From an uncultured delta proteobacterium (GTDB taxonomy: Bacteria; Desulfobacterota; Binatia; UBA9968), in NCBI GenBank assembly GCA_963755715.1, contig CAVWLW010000066.1, positions 1 to 11,284 on the forward strand: a stretch of 11,284 nucleotides of DNA, in the 5' to 3' direction. Below, piece after piece: positions 1 through 8,526 of this stretch. Below the pieces are notes generated by a model, which worked only from the letters and a program-made list of their open reading frames with translations, ran no database searches and was not told where the DNA came from. The position numbers were made by a program, and so were the translations under genes. Numbering within the stretch: position 1 is the stretch's first letter; each line of letters starts with the position of its first letter.

Positions 1-109
1 GCATGGCGCGACTGCCGCGCACGATCTGCAAGGAACGATAAATGAGAAAAGTGATGATCCCGATATCGATCAGGTCCTGCCAACGAAACTGGCGGATGAG
101 CTCCAACAT
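1..109 (-). CDS. cdaA: Diadenylate cyclase CdaA/DacA, N-terminal part (runs off the window)
   Basis: Not in the ORF track. Manual translation from ATG at 109 gives MLELIRQFRWQDLIDIGIITFLIYRSLQIVRGSRAM, which matches the CdaA N-terminal TM pattern (D-x-x-D-I...IY...RG[TS]RA). It starts 4 nt after the folP stop, consistent with known ftsH-folP-cdaA synteny. Confidence 0.88.
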   Translation of the reverse strand, partial: MLELIRQFRWQDLIDIGIITFLIYRSLQIVRGSRAM

Positions 110-113
110 CGGC

Positions 114-1043
114 CTATGCCTGCGGCTCGCTGGGGCCGAAGCGGATCGCGTCGGCGATCCGCGCGGCGCGGCAGGTTTCGCTCACGTCATGGACGCGGAC
201 GATGTTGGCGCCCGCCAAAATCGCTGCAACCGCCGCAGCGAGGCTGCCTTCTAAACGGCCGGGCGGGTCTAGATCCAAGATCTTGCCGATAAATCCTTTG
301 CGCGACACGCCGACGAGCAGAGGCTGGCCCAAGGCGGCGAGCGCCGGCAGGCCGCGCAGCAATAGCAAATTGTGCTCGAGGTTTTTGCCAAAGCCGATGC
401 CTGGATCGAGGACGATGTGATCCTGGGCAATGCCCGCGTCCATCGCTTCGAATATCTGCGCCGCAAGAAAGTCCCGCACTTCGCGCACGACATCGGTGTA
501 ATGCGGATCTTGCTGCATGGTTTGCGGCGTCCCCTGCATGTGCATCAAAATCACCGGCACCTTCTCCGCGGCGAGCATCGGTGCCATCGCCGCATCGAAG
601 CGCAGCGCGCTCACATCGTTGACGATATCCGCGCCAGCGTCGAGGGCCGCGCGCGCGACCGTCGACTTGTACGTATCGATGGAAATCGGCGCGCCGACCG
701 CCCGGCGCAAGCCGCGCACCACCGGCAGCACACGCGCAAGCTCTTGTTCTTCGGATACCGGCTGAGCCCCCGGACGGGTCGATTCGCCGCCGACGTCGAG
801 AATATCCGCACCGCTCGCGGCCATCACCACGCCATCGGCGACCGCCTTCTCGGGATCGTAACGCCGCCCGCCATCGAAAAACGAGTCCGGCGTCACATTG
901 ATGATTCCCATGATCAAAGTGCGGCGCGCGAAATCGAGCTGGCCGTGGCGAGTCGACAAGGAGCCGCGCTCAGCTGCCATCGGTGCTGAAACCGCGGTCA
1001 ACTGATTCAGGGCTCCGGGCAAATCCGGTTTTTCAGACGTCAT
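114..1043 (-). CDS. folP: Dihydropteroate synthase
   Basis: Motifs IMGIINVTPDSFFDGG, DVGGESTRPG, ISIDT, NDVSA, LMHMQG, DPGIGFGK, GVSRK and RVHDV. Alternative start ATG at 980. Confidence 0.97.
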   Translation of the reverse strand: MTSEKPDLPGALNQLTAVSAPMAAERGSLSTRHGQLDFARRTLIMGIINVTPDSFFDGGRRYDPEKAVADGVVMAASGADILDVGGESTRPGAQPVSEEQELARVLPVVRGLRRAVGAPISIDTYKSTVARAALDAGADIVNDVSALRFDAAMAPMLAAEKVPVILMHMQGTPQTMQQDPHYTDVVREVRDFLAAQIFEAMDAGIAQDHIVLDPGIGFGKNLEHNLLLLRGLPALAALGQPLLVGVSRKGFIGKILDLDPPGRLEGSLAAAVAAILAGANIVRVHDVSETCRAARIADAIRFGPSEPQA

Positions 1044-1062
1044 CGATATTCCGTTCCCAAAA

Positions 1063-1089
1063 TCACAAAAGCGACTCGAATCGAGTCGC
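1063..1089 (-). terminator. Putative intrinsic terminator or attenuator between ftsH and folP
   Basis: Perfect inverted repeat GCGACTCGA-A-TCGAGTCGC at 1071-1089, followed on the minus strand by TTTTGTGATTTT. The U-tract is short. Confidence 0.55.
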
Positions 1090-1204
1090 CGAAAGTTTGC
1101 GAGACACTCTCTCCCGCATCCGACGAGATCGGCTTTCGGGAGAGTAGGATCGGAGATTTGGAACGTGGAGTTTTCGGAGCCGATGGCTCCAGCAAGGAAA
1201 GCGC

Positions 1205-3043
1205 CTAGGCGATAGCCGCTGCGGCCGACGAAGCAAGCGGGTCTCCACCGTTCCCGCCAAACTCTTTGACGATCGCGTCGATCTCGGATCCGTCCAAAAC
1301 TTCCTTCTCGAGTAGCGATTCAGCAACTTTATGGAGGAGCCGTAGATTGGTTTTCAACAGGTCCTTGGCTTTATGATAGCTATCTTGAATGATCCGTCTG
1401 ACCTCGGCATCGATCTCGATCGCAGTGCTCTCGGAGTAATCCACTTTCTGGGTAAAATCTCTCCCTAAAAAGATCTCTTCCTCTTTTTTCCCGAATGTCA
1501 TCGGACCGAGTTTTTCGCTCATGCCCCACTCGCATACCATACGGCGCGCCAACTCCGTCGCCTTTTCAATGTCGTTGCCGGCGCCGGTCGTCATGTGGTT
1601 GAGCACGAGCTCTTCCGCGACTCGGCCGCCGAAGAGAATCACTAGGTTATTGAGCAAATAATCGCGCGGATAAGTGTGTTTTTCATCCATCGGCAGCTGC
1701 TGGGTCAAACCGAGAGCCATGCCGCGCGGAATAATCGTCACTTTGTGAATCGGATCCGCCCCCGGTAAAAGCTTCGCCACCAGTGCGTGTCCCGCTTCGT
1801 GATAGGCCGTGTTGCGCTTCTCTTCGTCGCTGATGATCATGCTACGCCGCTCAGCTCCCATCATGACTTTATCTTTGGCCAGCTCAAAGTCGCGCATATC
1901 GACTTTTTCTTTGTTGTTGCGCGCCGCCAGGAGCGCCGCTTCGTTCACCAGATTTTCCAGATCGGCGCCGGCAAAGCCTGGGGTCGAGCGGGCAAGCACG
2001 CTGATATCCACATCCGTTCCGACCGGTACTTTGCGCGTGTGCACTTGCAAGATTCCTTCGCGACCCTTGATATCGGGTCGTGGCACGACAACGCGCCGAT
2101 CAAACCGTCCCGGGCGGAGCAGGGCCGGATCCAACACATCGGGACGATTGGTCGCGGCGATGAGAATGACTCCTTCGTTCGCTTCGAAGCCGTCCATTTC
2201 GACCAGCAGCTGGTTCAGCGTCTGCTCGCGTTCGTCATGGCCGCCGCCGAGACCAGCGCCGCGATGGCGCCCAACGGCGTCGATTTCGTCAATGAAGATA
2301 ATGCAGGGTGCATTCTTCTTGCCCTGAACAAATAGATCGCGCACTCGCGAAGCGCCGACGCCAACGAACATTTCGACGAAGTCCGATCCGCTGATGCTGA
2401 AGAACGGCACGCCTGCTTCGCCGGCGATGGCGCGGGCCAACAAAGTTTTCCCTGTCCCCGGAGGGCCAACCAAAAGGCAGCCCTTGGGAATCCGGCCGCC
2501 CAGCTTGGTGAACTTCTTGGGATCCTTTAAAAAGGCAATGATTTCCTGCAGGTCGTCTTTCGCTTCATCCACCCCGGCAACGTCGCTAAACGTCACCCGA
2601 TGCTGGTTTTCGGTGAGCAGTTTCGCCCGGCTCTTGCCGAAGGACATCGCCTTGCCACCGCCCACCTGCATCTGGCGCATGAAAAATATCCACACGCCGA
2701 TCAGCAAGAGCATGGGAAACCAGTTAAGCAAAAGCACCATGTACCAAGGCGAATCTTCCTCGGGCTTAGCAGCGATCTTAACTTTTTTCTCACGCAGTGA
2801 TTTCACCAATTCGGGGTCGTTCGGTGCGAAAGTGCGAAAGCGTTCGCCGTTTTTGTATTCTCCTTGAATATTATGGCCTTGAATCGTGACCTTCTGCACG
2901 TCGCCGCGATCGACCGACGTCATGAACTCGCTGAAAACGATTTCCGGTTCGCGCCCGTGCTGTTTATTAAAGACACTAAAGATCGCGAGGAAAATCAGTG
3001 CCAGAACTAGCCATAAGGCGATATGTTTCGATGACTGACTCAA
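1205..3043 (-). CDS. ftsH: ATP-dependent zinc metalloprotease FtsH
   Basis: Two N-terminal TM helices, Walker A GPPGTGKT, Walker [32 protein letters not shown] and HEAGH zinc motif. Start moved from 3055 to TTG at 3043 ([13 protein letters not shown]) because GGAGG lies 5 nt upstream. Confidence 0.98.
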   Translation of the reverse strand: MSQSSKHIALWLVLALIFLAIFSVFNKQHGREPEIVFSEFMTSVDRGDVQKVTIQGHNIQGEYKNGERFRTFAPNDPELVKSLREKKVKIAAKPEEDSPWYMVLLLNWFPMLLLIGVWIFFMRQMQVGGGKAMSFGKSRAKLLTENQHRVTFSDVAGVDEAKDDLQEIIAFLKDPKKFTKLGGRIPKGCLLVGPPGTGKTLLARAIAGEAGVPFFSISGSDFVEMFVGVGASRVRDLFVQGKKNAPCIIFIDEIDAVGRHRGAGLGGGHDEREQTLNQLLVEMDGFEANEGVILIAATNRPDVLDPALLRPGRFDRRVVVPRPDIKGREGILQVHTRKVPVGTDVDISVLARSTPGFAGADLENLVNEAALLAARNNKEKVDMRDFELAKDKVMMGAERRSMIISDEEKRNTAYHEAGHALVAKLLPGADPIHKVTIIPRGMALGLTQQLPMDEKHTYPRDYLLNNLVILFGGRVAEELVLNHMTTGAGNDIEKATELARRMVCEWGMSEKLGPMTFGKKEEEIFLGRDFTQKVDYSESTAIEIDAEVRRIIQDSYHKAKDLLKTNLRLLHKVAESLLEKEVLDGSEIDAIVKEFGGNGGDPLASSAAAAIA

Positions 3044-3072
3044 ACGCTCCTCCAAAGTCTAAGAACGAAAAA

Positions 3073-3101
3073 AGTGTAACACACGCGACTACTTCGATCA
3101 A
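3073..3101 (-). promoter_or_regulatory. Sigma70-type promoter for ftsH
   Basis: On the minus strand, -35 TTGATC (3101-3096), a 17-nt spacer ending in TGTGT (extended -10 TG), and -10 TACACT (3078-3073), in the AT-rich tilS-ftsH gap. Confidence 0.65.
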
Positions 3102-3118
3102 TAATATCTTATGGAAAG

Positions 3119-4537
3119 CTAAGTCTCGATAGGGACCGCCTTCACGCAAATACAGGCAGCCGTTTTTTCCGATACTCGAGCTATTTCGCTTCTGCCAAAG
3201 CCGGGGATCCAGAGAATTTCTTCGCCCATGGTCAAAAGCGGGCATCGGGCCCGGATTGAAAGGGGAACTTTCTTTTCAATGAAGAGATCTTTAATTTTCT
3301 TGTGGCCGGCCATGCCGAGAGGCTGAAATCGGTCGCCGCGGCGAAAATTGCGCACCGCCAAATGCCCAGTCAGGCAAGAAGCGTCAAATGCCGCTTCCAT
3401 GAGACCACCTTCGAGCTGGAGCTGTGTTTTCGCGGCCAATTCGCTTTGAAATTCTATAGACGCTTCATCAATGCGCAACCTGGTGCCGACTTCTAAGCGG
3501 TAACTATAACAGACCGGTTTTAATCCTCGGGACCGGCGCTCCAATCTGAGCTTTTCATATTTGCGGACCAATTCCCATCCGCCGGGAATCGACAAGCGCC
3601 CCTGCGCCGGTCCCTCTTCAATTAGACGCAGCAGCGCCTCGATGTGAACGAAATCGATACCACGCAAATGGCCGCGCGTTTGCTCCAGCCAAAAGCGGAG
3701 CACTCGCCTTTGCAGCGCCTTCGGCTCTCCGAGCAGCGCCGTCCGGCTAAGACCGGTCCCATCGTGAATCCGGTCATGGCGTTTTCGCGCCACCTCTTCT
3801 AAAAATAAATCCTCGTCGCGAAACACCTGCGCCTGCTGGCCGAGCCGGCTGGACAAGCCATCGTCAACACGCTCGTGAATCTTTGGCATCAGTTCCAACC
3901 GAATCCAGTTACGAAGAAACGCCGAGTCCTGATTGCTCCGGTCGATTCTGTAGGCGAGCCCCTTTTCTGCCAGATACGCGAGGATCTCTGATTTCGAAGT
4001 TTCAAGCAGCGGGCGAATGACGGTCAGTGTATCCGGTGAGCCATTGGCCAGACGAAGTTGTTGCAGCGGCGACATGCCACCCGATCCCTTCTTGCCCGCG
4101 CCGCGCAAAAACCACATCATCACCGTCTCCGCCTGATCATCCCGGGTATGCGCGGTAGCAACCTTGCCCAAACGGCGATCTTTGACCATCTCGGCAAAGA
4201 AACGATAGCGCTCCACCCGAGCCAGCGCTTCAAGATTGCCCTTGCCCGCGTCCGACTTCATCCGTGGCAGATCGACCTCTTTTAGGTGGAATGGCAGACT
4301 GAGCTTCTCCGCCATTGCCGCCACAAATTCAGCATCTTCCTTCGCTTCTTCGCCGCGAATCCCATGCTGCAAATGCGCGACTTCGAGGGATAACTTAAAT
4401 TCTTCCCGAAGCTCGCACAGCAGGTGCAACAGCGCCACCGAATCCGGCCCGCCGGAGACGGCAACGAGAACGCCATCGCCGGGTGACAGCAAGCTGTATC
4501 GGATCGCCAGGTTTCTTAGATCCCGTCCAATTGCCAT
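3119..4537 (-). CDS. tilS: tRNA(Ile)-lysidine synthetase
   Basis: PP-loop AVSGGPDS, ARVERY, TAHTRDDQAET, IRPLL, DRSN...RNWIR, and C-terminal GDRFQPLGMAGHKKIKDLFIE. Lies directly upstream of ftsH. Confidence 0.97.
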   Translation of the reverse strand: MAIGRDLRNLAIRYSLLSPGDGVLVAVSGGPDSVALLHLLCELREEFKLSLEVAHLQHGIRGEEAKEDAEFVAAMAEKLSLPFHLKEVDLPRMKSDAGKGNLEALARVERYRFFAEMVKDRRLGKVATAHTRDDQAETVMMWFLRGAGKKGSGGMSPLQQLRLANGSPDTLTVIRPLLETSKSEILAYLAEKGLAYRIDRSNQDSAFLRNWIRLELMPKIHERVDDGLSSRLGQQAQVFRDEDLFLEEVARKRHDRIHDGTGLSRTALLGEPKALQRRVLRFWLEQTRGHLRGIDFVHIEALLRLIEEGPAQGRLSIPGGWELVRKYEKLRLERRSRGLKPVCYSYRLEVGTRLRIDEASIEFQSELAAKTQLQLEGGLMEAAFDASCLTGHLAVRNFRRGDRFQPLGMAGHKKIKDLFIEKKVPLSIRARCPLLTMGEEILWIPGFGRSEIARVSEKTAACICVKAVPIET

Positions 4538-4539
4538 CG

Positions 4540-5611
4540 CTAGATGTTTAGTTTCCCCGCGTACCCGGTCATTTCAACGTAACCATTTCCGGTCACGGAT
4601 TTTTTCCTAAACTCTCCTGTGATTCCAACCGCCCCCTCCCAATAGGTCACTCTCGTGCTGCGATTAGTGATCAACTCTTGCTCTGGAAAGGCGGGACTGA
4701 TTTCCAGCTCGATGTTCTCCGAGGGAATCATCACTTTCCATTTCATCGGATAGTTCGCGCCGCTGCTGGGGCTTTTCCAGCGATCCATTACTTCAACACG
4801 GTAGTCCTTGAGATCAAGGTGTTTGGATGTACCGTCTGCATTCACCAAGGTACCACTGGAGTACGGATCGACCGAACCATCCTTTCGGCGCATCAGGTAG
4901 AGCATCAATTCGGTATTGTTGTCGAGCTGAATGCTAAACCAGTCCCAGCCGACCTGATCCTCGCCCAGTTGATTGCTGCCGAACTCGTGGTCCATCCAGC
5001 TCACACCGCGGACCGTTTCCTTCTTGCCGTCAATGATTAATTCGCCGTCGGTTTGTATGCGCGTCAATGAATAATAATAGGACGCTCGTCCCTCGCCCTC
5101 TGCTTTTCTGCTCAAGCCATTCTCCCCGTGCAGCACGGCAGGTTTGAATGACTTGAGCGACAATCGGAGCTGCGTTCCGCGGTCATTGACTTGAACGTGG
5201 TGAACCTTCTCATCCCCTTCGACTTTCCAATTTTCGTTCCAAACTAAATACCGGTCTGTCGCGGCGCCGGCCTTGTTATTGTAACCGCGATTGATTCGTT
5301 CGCGGAACGTGAACTTCTTCGCAGCTATGTCCGAAAGCGCAAAATGCGCCATGTACAACTCAGTGAACAGCGGCGACTCTTTTGTTTCCTTCTGCCGGTC
5401 GCGCACCCCGAAACGAAAAAAAGTAACTTGGTAGCCGTACTTTTTGCCGCTCTCGGTTTGCCAAATGACCCGTGTAGTACCACCATTCGGTTTTGAAGTC
5501 GGGATGGGAATAGTGAGCGGCGGGAAATGTCAATTTTCGTCCGGGCAGGGCAAGCTGGTAAGTGAAGCCGACAACGAATAAATAAATACCCATCAATACC
5601 GCGGCGACCAT
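4540..5611 (-). CDS. AttH/CrtC-like (carotenoid 1,2-hydratase family, lipocalin-like) secreted protein with one +1 frameshift near 5461
   Basis: Family motifs FPAAHYSHPDFKTEWWYYTGHL, then after skipping one base QTESGKKYGYQVTFFRFG, MAHFALSD, ASYYYSLTR, SWMDHEF, GWDWFSIQL, YWEG and GYVEMTGY. Hydrophobic N-terminus MVAAVLMGIYLFVVGF. Start uncertain (5611, 5593 or 5659). Confidence 0.85.
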
Positions 5612-5683
5612 TGCAGGGCCGGCGAATTCACGGTTCGCTTTGTTAATTTGCAGTGCCATTTCGACTAGTGTTATAGGGAGCCT

Positions 5684-6521
5684 ATGGATAAACAATATAC
5701 GCGCGAAACCTTGCTCACAACAGCAAGTGAATTGCAGCGAAAACTCGGCGCTGAAAATCTTTGCATTATTGACGTGCGACCGGCGGAAGATTACGCCAAC
5801 GGGCATATTCCCGGCGCGACGCACTTCGACTTGTTTGGCCTCAGCTTGATCGACACCAGCGACGCGCCGCTCAAGGCCTTCATGTTCATGATCCATCACG
5901 TGCTCGAACTGCGCGGCGTCAACGAATCGAAGGAAGTCGTGTTTTACGAAGACAATTCCGGCATGCGCGCAGCGCGGGGATTATGGTTTCTCGAATATTA
6001 TCGGCCATCCGAATGTCAAAGATGCTCGACGGCGGGTTTCCAGCCTGGAAAGCCGCCGGTGCGCCGGTTACGTCGGATGCGACGCCGCCCAAAGCTGCGT
6101 CATTTAAAATCGCGGAGCGCCGAGACGTTTTAGCGACGCACCGATGACGTGCTTCGCTCGCTCGATCAGAAGCAGATCGCCATCCTCGACACGCGCAGCG
6201 AAGGTGAATATCTGGGCACGCATGTGCGCGCGGCGCGCGGCGGCGCGATTCCCGGCGCGATTCATATCGAGTGGACCGACAACATCGCTCGCCGACGGCA
6301 AATTCAAATCCAACGACGAACTTAAAGCGATGTACGATAAAGCCGGCATCACGCCGGACAAAGAAGTCGTGTCTTACTGCCAGGGCGGCTATCGCGCGGC
6401 GCATAGCTATGTCGCCTTGCGCTTGCTCGGCTTTCCGAAAGTTCGCAACTACATCGGCTCGTGGAAAGAGTGGGGCGACCGCGCCGATCTGCCGATCGAA
6501 ATTCCCAAGCCGGCGAAATGA
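5684..6521 (+). CDS. Tandem-domain rhodanese/sulfurtransferase with four +1 frameshifts (likely sequence errors, possibly a pseudogene)
   Basis: N-domain IIDVRP..Y..GHIPGA and VVFYED...AAR. Reconstructed across shifts at ~6001, ~6020, ~6139 and ~6289: EYYGHPNVKMLDGG.AWKAAG.PV...[28 protein letters not shown]...YCQGGYRAA...[10 protein letters not shown] (rhodanese C-terminal signature). RBS GGGAG at 5676-5680. Confidence 0.9.
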
Positions 6522-7489
6522 TCTTACGCGAGCGCATTTATTTCTTTTCGCTGTTAGTCGCGCTGTCCGCCTTGGCGAATCCACGACTGGCAGCGGCAGC
6601 TGATTTAAGAAAAGTCACGTTCTCCTATTCGGCGGTGAGTATGACTTGGTATCCGGTGAAGGTTGCGCTCGAAAAAGGCTTCTTCCGCAGCGAAGGAGTG
6701 GAACCCCAGCTGATTCAGATGAATGGCAACGTCGCCACGGTGGCTCTGGCCAACGGTTACATCGATTTTTCATTGAATATTTCCCCCGTGCTCAACGGCG
6801 CGATGCAGGGCTTGGGGACAAAACTCGTCGCAGCGCTAAATTCCCGTCCGCTGTTCGCCCTTGTGGTGCGGCCGGAGATCAATGCGCCGAACGATCTCAA
6901 GGGAAAAGTGTTCGCGGTGAGCTCTTTCGGCAACACCCAAGCGATCCTGACGGAAAAGCACTTACAGCACTTGGGGCTGAAGAAAGGTGAATACCAGCTG
7001 CTGGCGATGGGCGCGACGCCGGCACGGATCGCCGCTTTGGAGAAAAACATCGCACAGGGAAGCTTGATGCCACTGCCGACCAATGTTCAGCTCGAAAACA
7101 AAGGCTATCGCCTGCTCGGCAACACAGCCGAAATCGTCATCAATCCGATCGCCGGTCTCGGCGTCCACGAAGACAAGATCAAGAAAGATCCCGACCTGAT
7201 CAAACGCGTGCTTCGCGCGTCGCTGCGAAGCCTGCAACTTTTGCAAGCGAATGCCAAAGACACGGTTAAAACTCTCATGGCTTGGACTCGCGCCACAGAA
7301 AAGGACGCGCTCCGTTCGCTGGAGTTGGCCAAGCCCGGTTTCAGCAGGAACGGCATGCTGACCGACGACGATCTCAGTATCGAATGGAATTTCATTCAGC
7401 AGCAGACCAAGAAAACCAGCGTACCGGTGTCGATCGCGCACGACATGACACTGCTAAGAGACGTGCAGACCGAGATGGGGCTTCGCTGA
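6518..7489 (+). CDS. SsuA/THI5/NMT1-family ABC substrate-binding protein with signal peptide
   Basis: ATG at 6518 overlaps the rhodanese TGA (ATGA). Signal peptide [28 protein letters not shown]. Family motifs [36 protein letters not shown] and RIAAL. Confidence 0.85.
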   Translation: MILRERIYFFSLLVALSALANPRLAAAADLRKVTFSYSAVSMTWYPVKVALEKGFFRSEGVEPQLIQMNGNVATVALANGYIDFSLNISPVLNGAMQGLGTKLVAALNSRPLFALVVRPEINAPNDLKGKVFAVSSFGNTQAILTEKHLQHLGLKKGEYQLLAMGATPARIAALEKNIAQGSLMPLPTNVQLENKGYRLLGNTAEIVINPIAGLGVHEDKIKKDPDLIKRVLRASLRSLQLLQANAKDTVKTLMAWTRATEKDALRSLELAKPGFSRNGMLTDDDLSIEWNFIQQQTKKTSVPVSIAHDMTLLRDVQTEMGLR

Positions 7490-7516
7490 TTCGAGGTGTG
7501 ATTAGGCGACTAAGAC

Positions 7517-7566
7517 TAGACGCAACGAGTTCTGTAGTTAAATTAATCTAACGGGAATAGAAGGAG
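7517..7566 (+). promoter_or_regulatory. Putative promoter (TAGACG-N16-TAAATT) and RBS AAGGAG for the 7574 gene
   Basis: AT-rich 84-bp gap with -35-like TAGACG at 7517-7522, -10-like TAAATT at 7539-7544, and AAGGAG at 7561-7566, 7 nt before the ATG. Confidence 0.45.
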
Positions 7567-7573
7567 ACAAATC

Positions 7574-8521
7574 ATGCGCACACTAGATCTTTTGGCCAGC
7601 GACTCATCGCACCTGCCCTTTCTCTATGTCTTCAAGGAATCCAAGGTGATGGAAAAGTACGGCTATGAAATCGATCTGCATATTGTCGGCGGCGCCAAGG
7701 CGCCGACCATGGCGCACCGCGCCAAGCTCGCGCTCGCCGGCGAAATCGATTTTCTCAGCGGCCTGCATCACGAAACCTATCGCGAGCGCGCCAAAGGCGA
7801 AAAGCGCCTGACCTATCTCGCGCAAGCGCAGAACAATTGGGACGACCGGCTGGTCGCGTTGCCGGAAATCAAGAATGTGGAAGATCTGAAAGGCCGCAAG
7901 ATCGTCTGCCACTCTAAGGCGCCCTGCGTGTCCGGCAATCTGCGCGCGGTGTTGGAAACCTGCGGGCTCAAGCCCGAGGAGATCAACATGGATGTGATCA
8001 ACGACACGTCGGGTAAATTTTTGGATTTCGTCGATGAAATCACTTCGGGTAAAGCGGTGGCGGCGCTGGTTGACATGCCGTTTGACCTCTACGGCATCAA
8101 AAAGGGGTTGCATGTCGTCGATCTGCCGGATCGCCCGGTGATTCATAACACAACCTTGCTCGCGACCAGCGATTACATCAAAGCCAACGAGGAAACGGTC
8201 AACGCATTCATCAAGGGATTCATCGAAGCGCTGCACTTCTTCAAAACCCAACCGGCTAAAGTTGTGCCGATTCTGAAAAACAATCTCGCCAAGCGCTATG
8301 GCTTGCAAGACGACGAGTACTACATTCATCTGCAGCGCGAATGGGCCAAGCTGCTCAACAAAAAGCCCTATCCGCTACCGGCTGCAATTCAGAACGTCTA
8401 TGACCTCGACGTCGGCAAAGACCCCAAGATGCATCACATCGGTCCGATGGAACCGTGGGATTTACACTATCTCAGGAAAATCGACGACAGCGGCTTTATC
8501 GATCAACTCTACGCCCAATAG
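7574..8521 (+). CDS. SsuA/THI5/NMT1-like periplasmic-binding-fold protein lacking a signal peptide (predicted cytoplasmic)
   Basis: Family motifs MEKYGYEIDL, LAGEIDF, IKNVEDLKGRKI, GLKPEEI, FIKGFIEALHF and LRKIDDSGFIDQLY. Strong RBS. In-frame TAA at 7544-7546 excludes an upstream leader. Confidence 0.8.
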   Translation: MRTLDLLASDSSHLPFLYVFKESKVMEKYGYEIDLHIVGGAKAPTMAHRAKLALAGEIDFLSGLHHETYRERAKGEKRLTYLAQAQNNWDDRLVALPEIKNVEDLKGRKIVCHSKAPCVSGNLRAVLETCGLKPEEINMDVINDTSGKFLDFVDEITSGKAVAALVDMPFDLYGIKKGLHVVDLPDRPVIHNTTLLATSDYIKANEETVNAFIKGFIEALHFFKTQPAKVVPILKNNLAKRYGLQDDEYYIHLQREWAKLLNKKPYPLPAAIQNVYDLDVGKDPKMHHIGPMEPWDLHYLRKIDDSGFIDQLYAQ

Positions 8522-8526
8522 GAATC

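Noticed and set aside
114-1043. Sulfonamide-resistance sul gene
   Set aside because: Normal DPGIGFGK motif without the Sul-type Phe-Gly insertion, housekeeping ftsH-folP context, and no integron or mobile features.
1138-1150. GGGAGAGTAGGAT resembles the 5' end of a THF riboswitch
   Set aside because: It lies on the strand antisense to folP, and the rest of the THF consensus is not evident.
1063-1326. 87-aa minus-strand ORF spanning the ftsH end and spacer as a leader peptide or small protein
   Set aside because: Starts out of frame inside ftsH, is Arg/Ser-rich with no RBS, and has no recognisable features.
372-2867. Long antisense ORFs opposite folP and ftsH (372-989, 1787-2335, 1809-2327, 2394-2867); likewise 5919-6584, 6962-7441 and 7604-8329 further along
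   Set aside because: Typical shadow ORFs of GC-rich coding sequence, with no motifs and fully overlapping well-supported genes.
5360-5899. 179-aa minus-strand ORF as a standalone gene
   Set aside because: Its first half is antisense to the rhodanese gene. Only the part from ~5611 to ~5462 is real coding sequence (AttH-like N-terminus); the rest is out-of-frame run-on after the frameshift.
5684-6521. Programmed ribosomal frameshifting or phase variation in the rhodanese
   Set aside because: Four separate shifts at dissimilar, non-slippery, non-repeat sites are implausible as a recoding mechanism.
7574-8521. Bona fide THI5 HMP-P synthase or MqnA/MqnD
   Set aside because: No Lys at the THI5 PLP position (Gly here by eye) and no CCCFC motif; no recognisable MqnA/MqnD motifs or futalosine/thiamine genes nearby.
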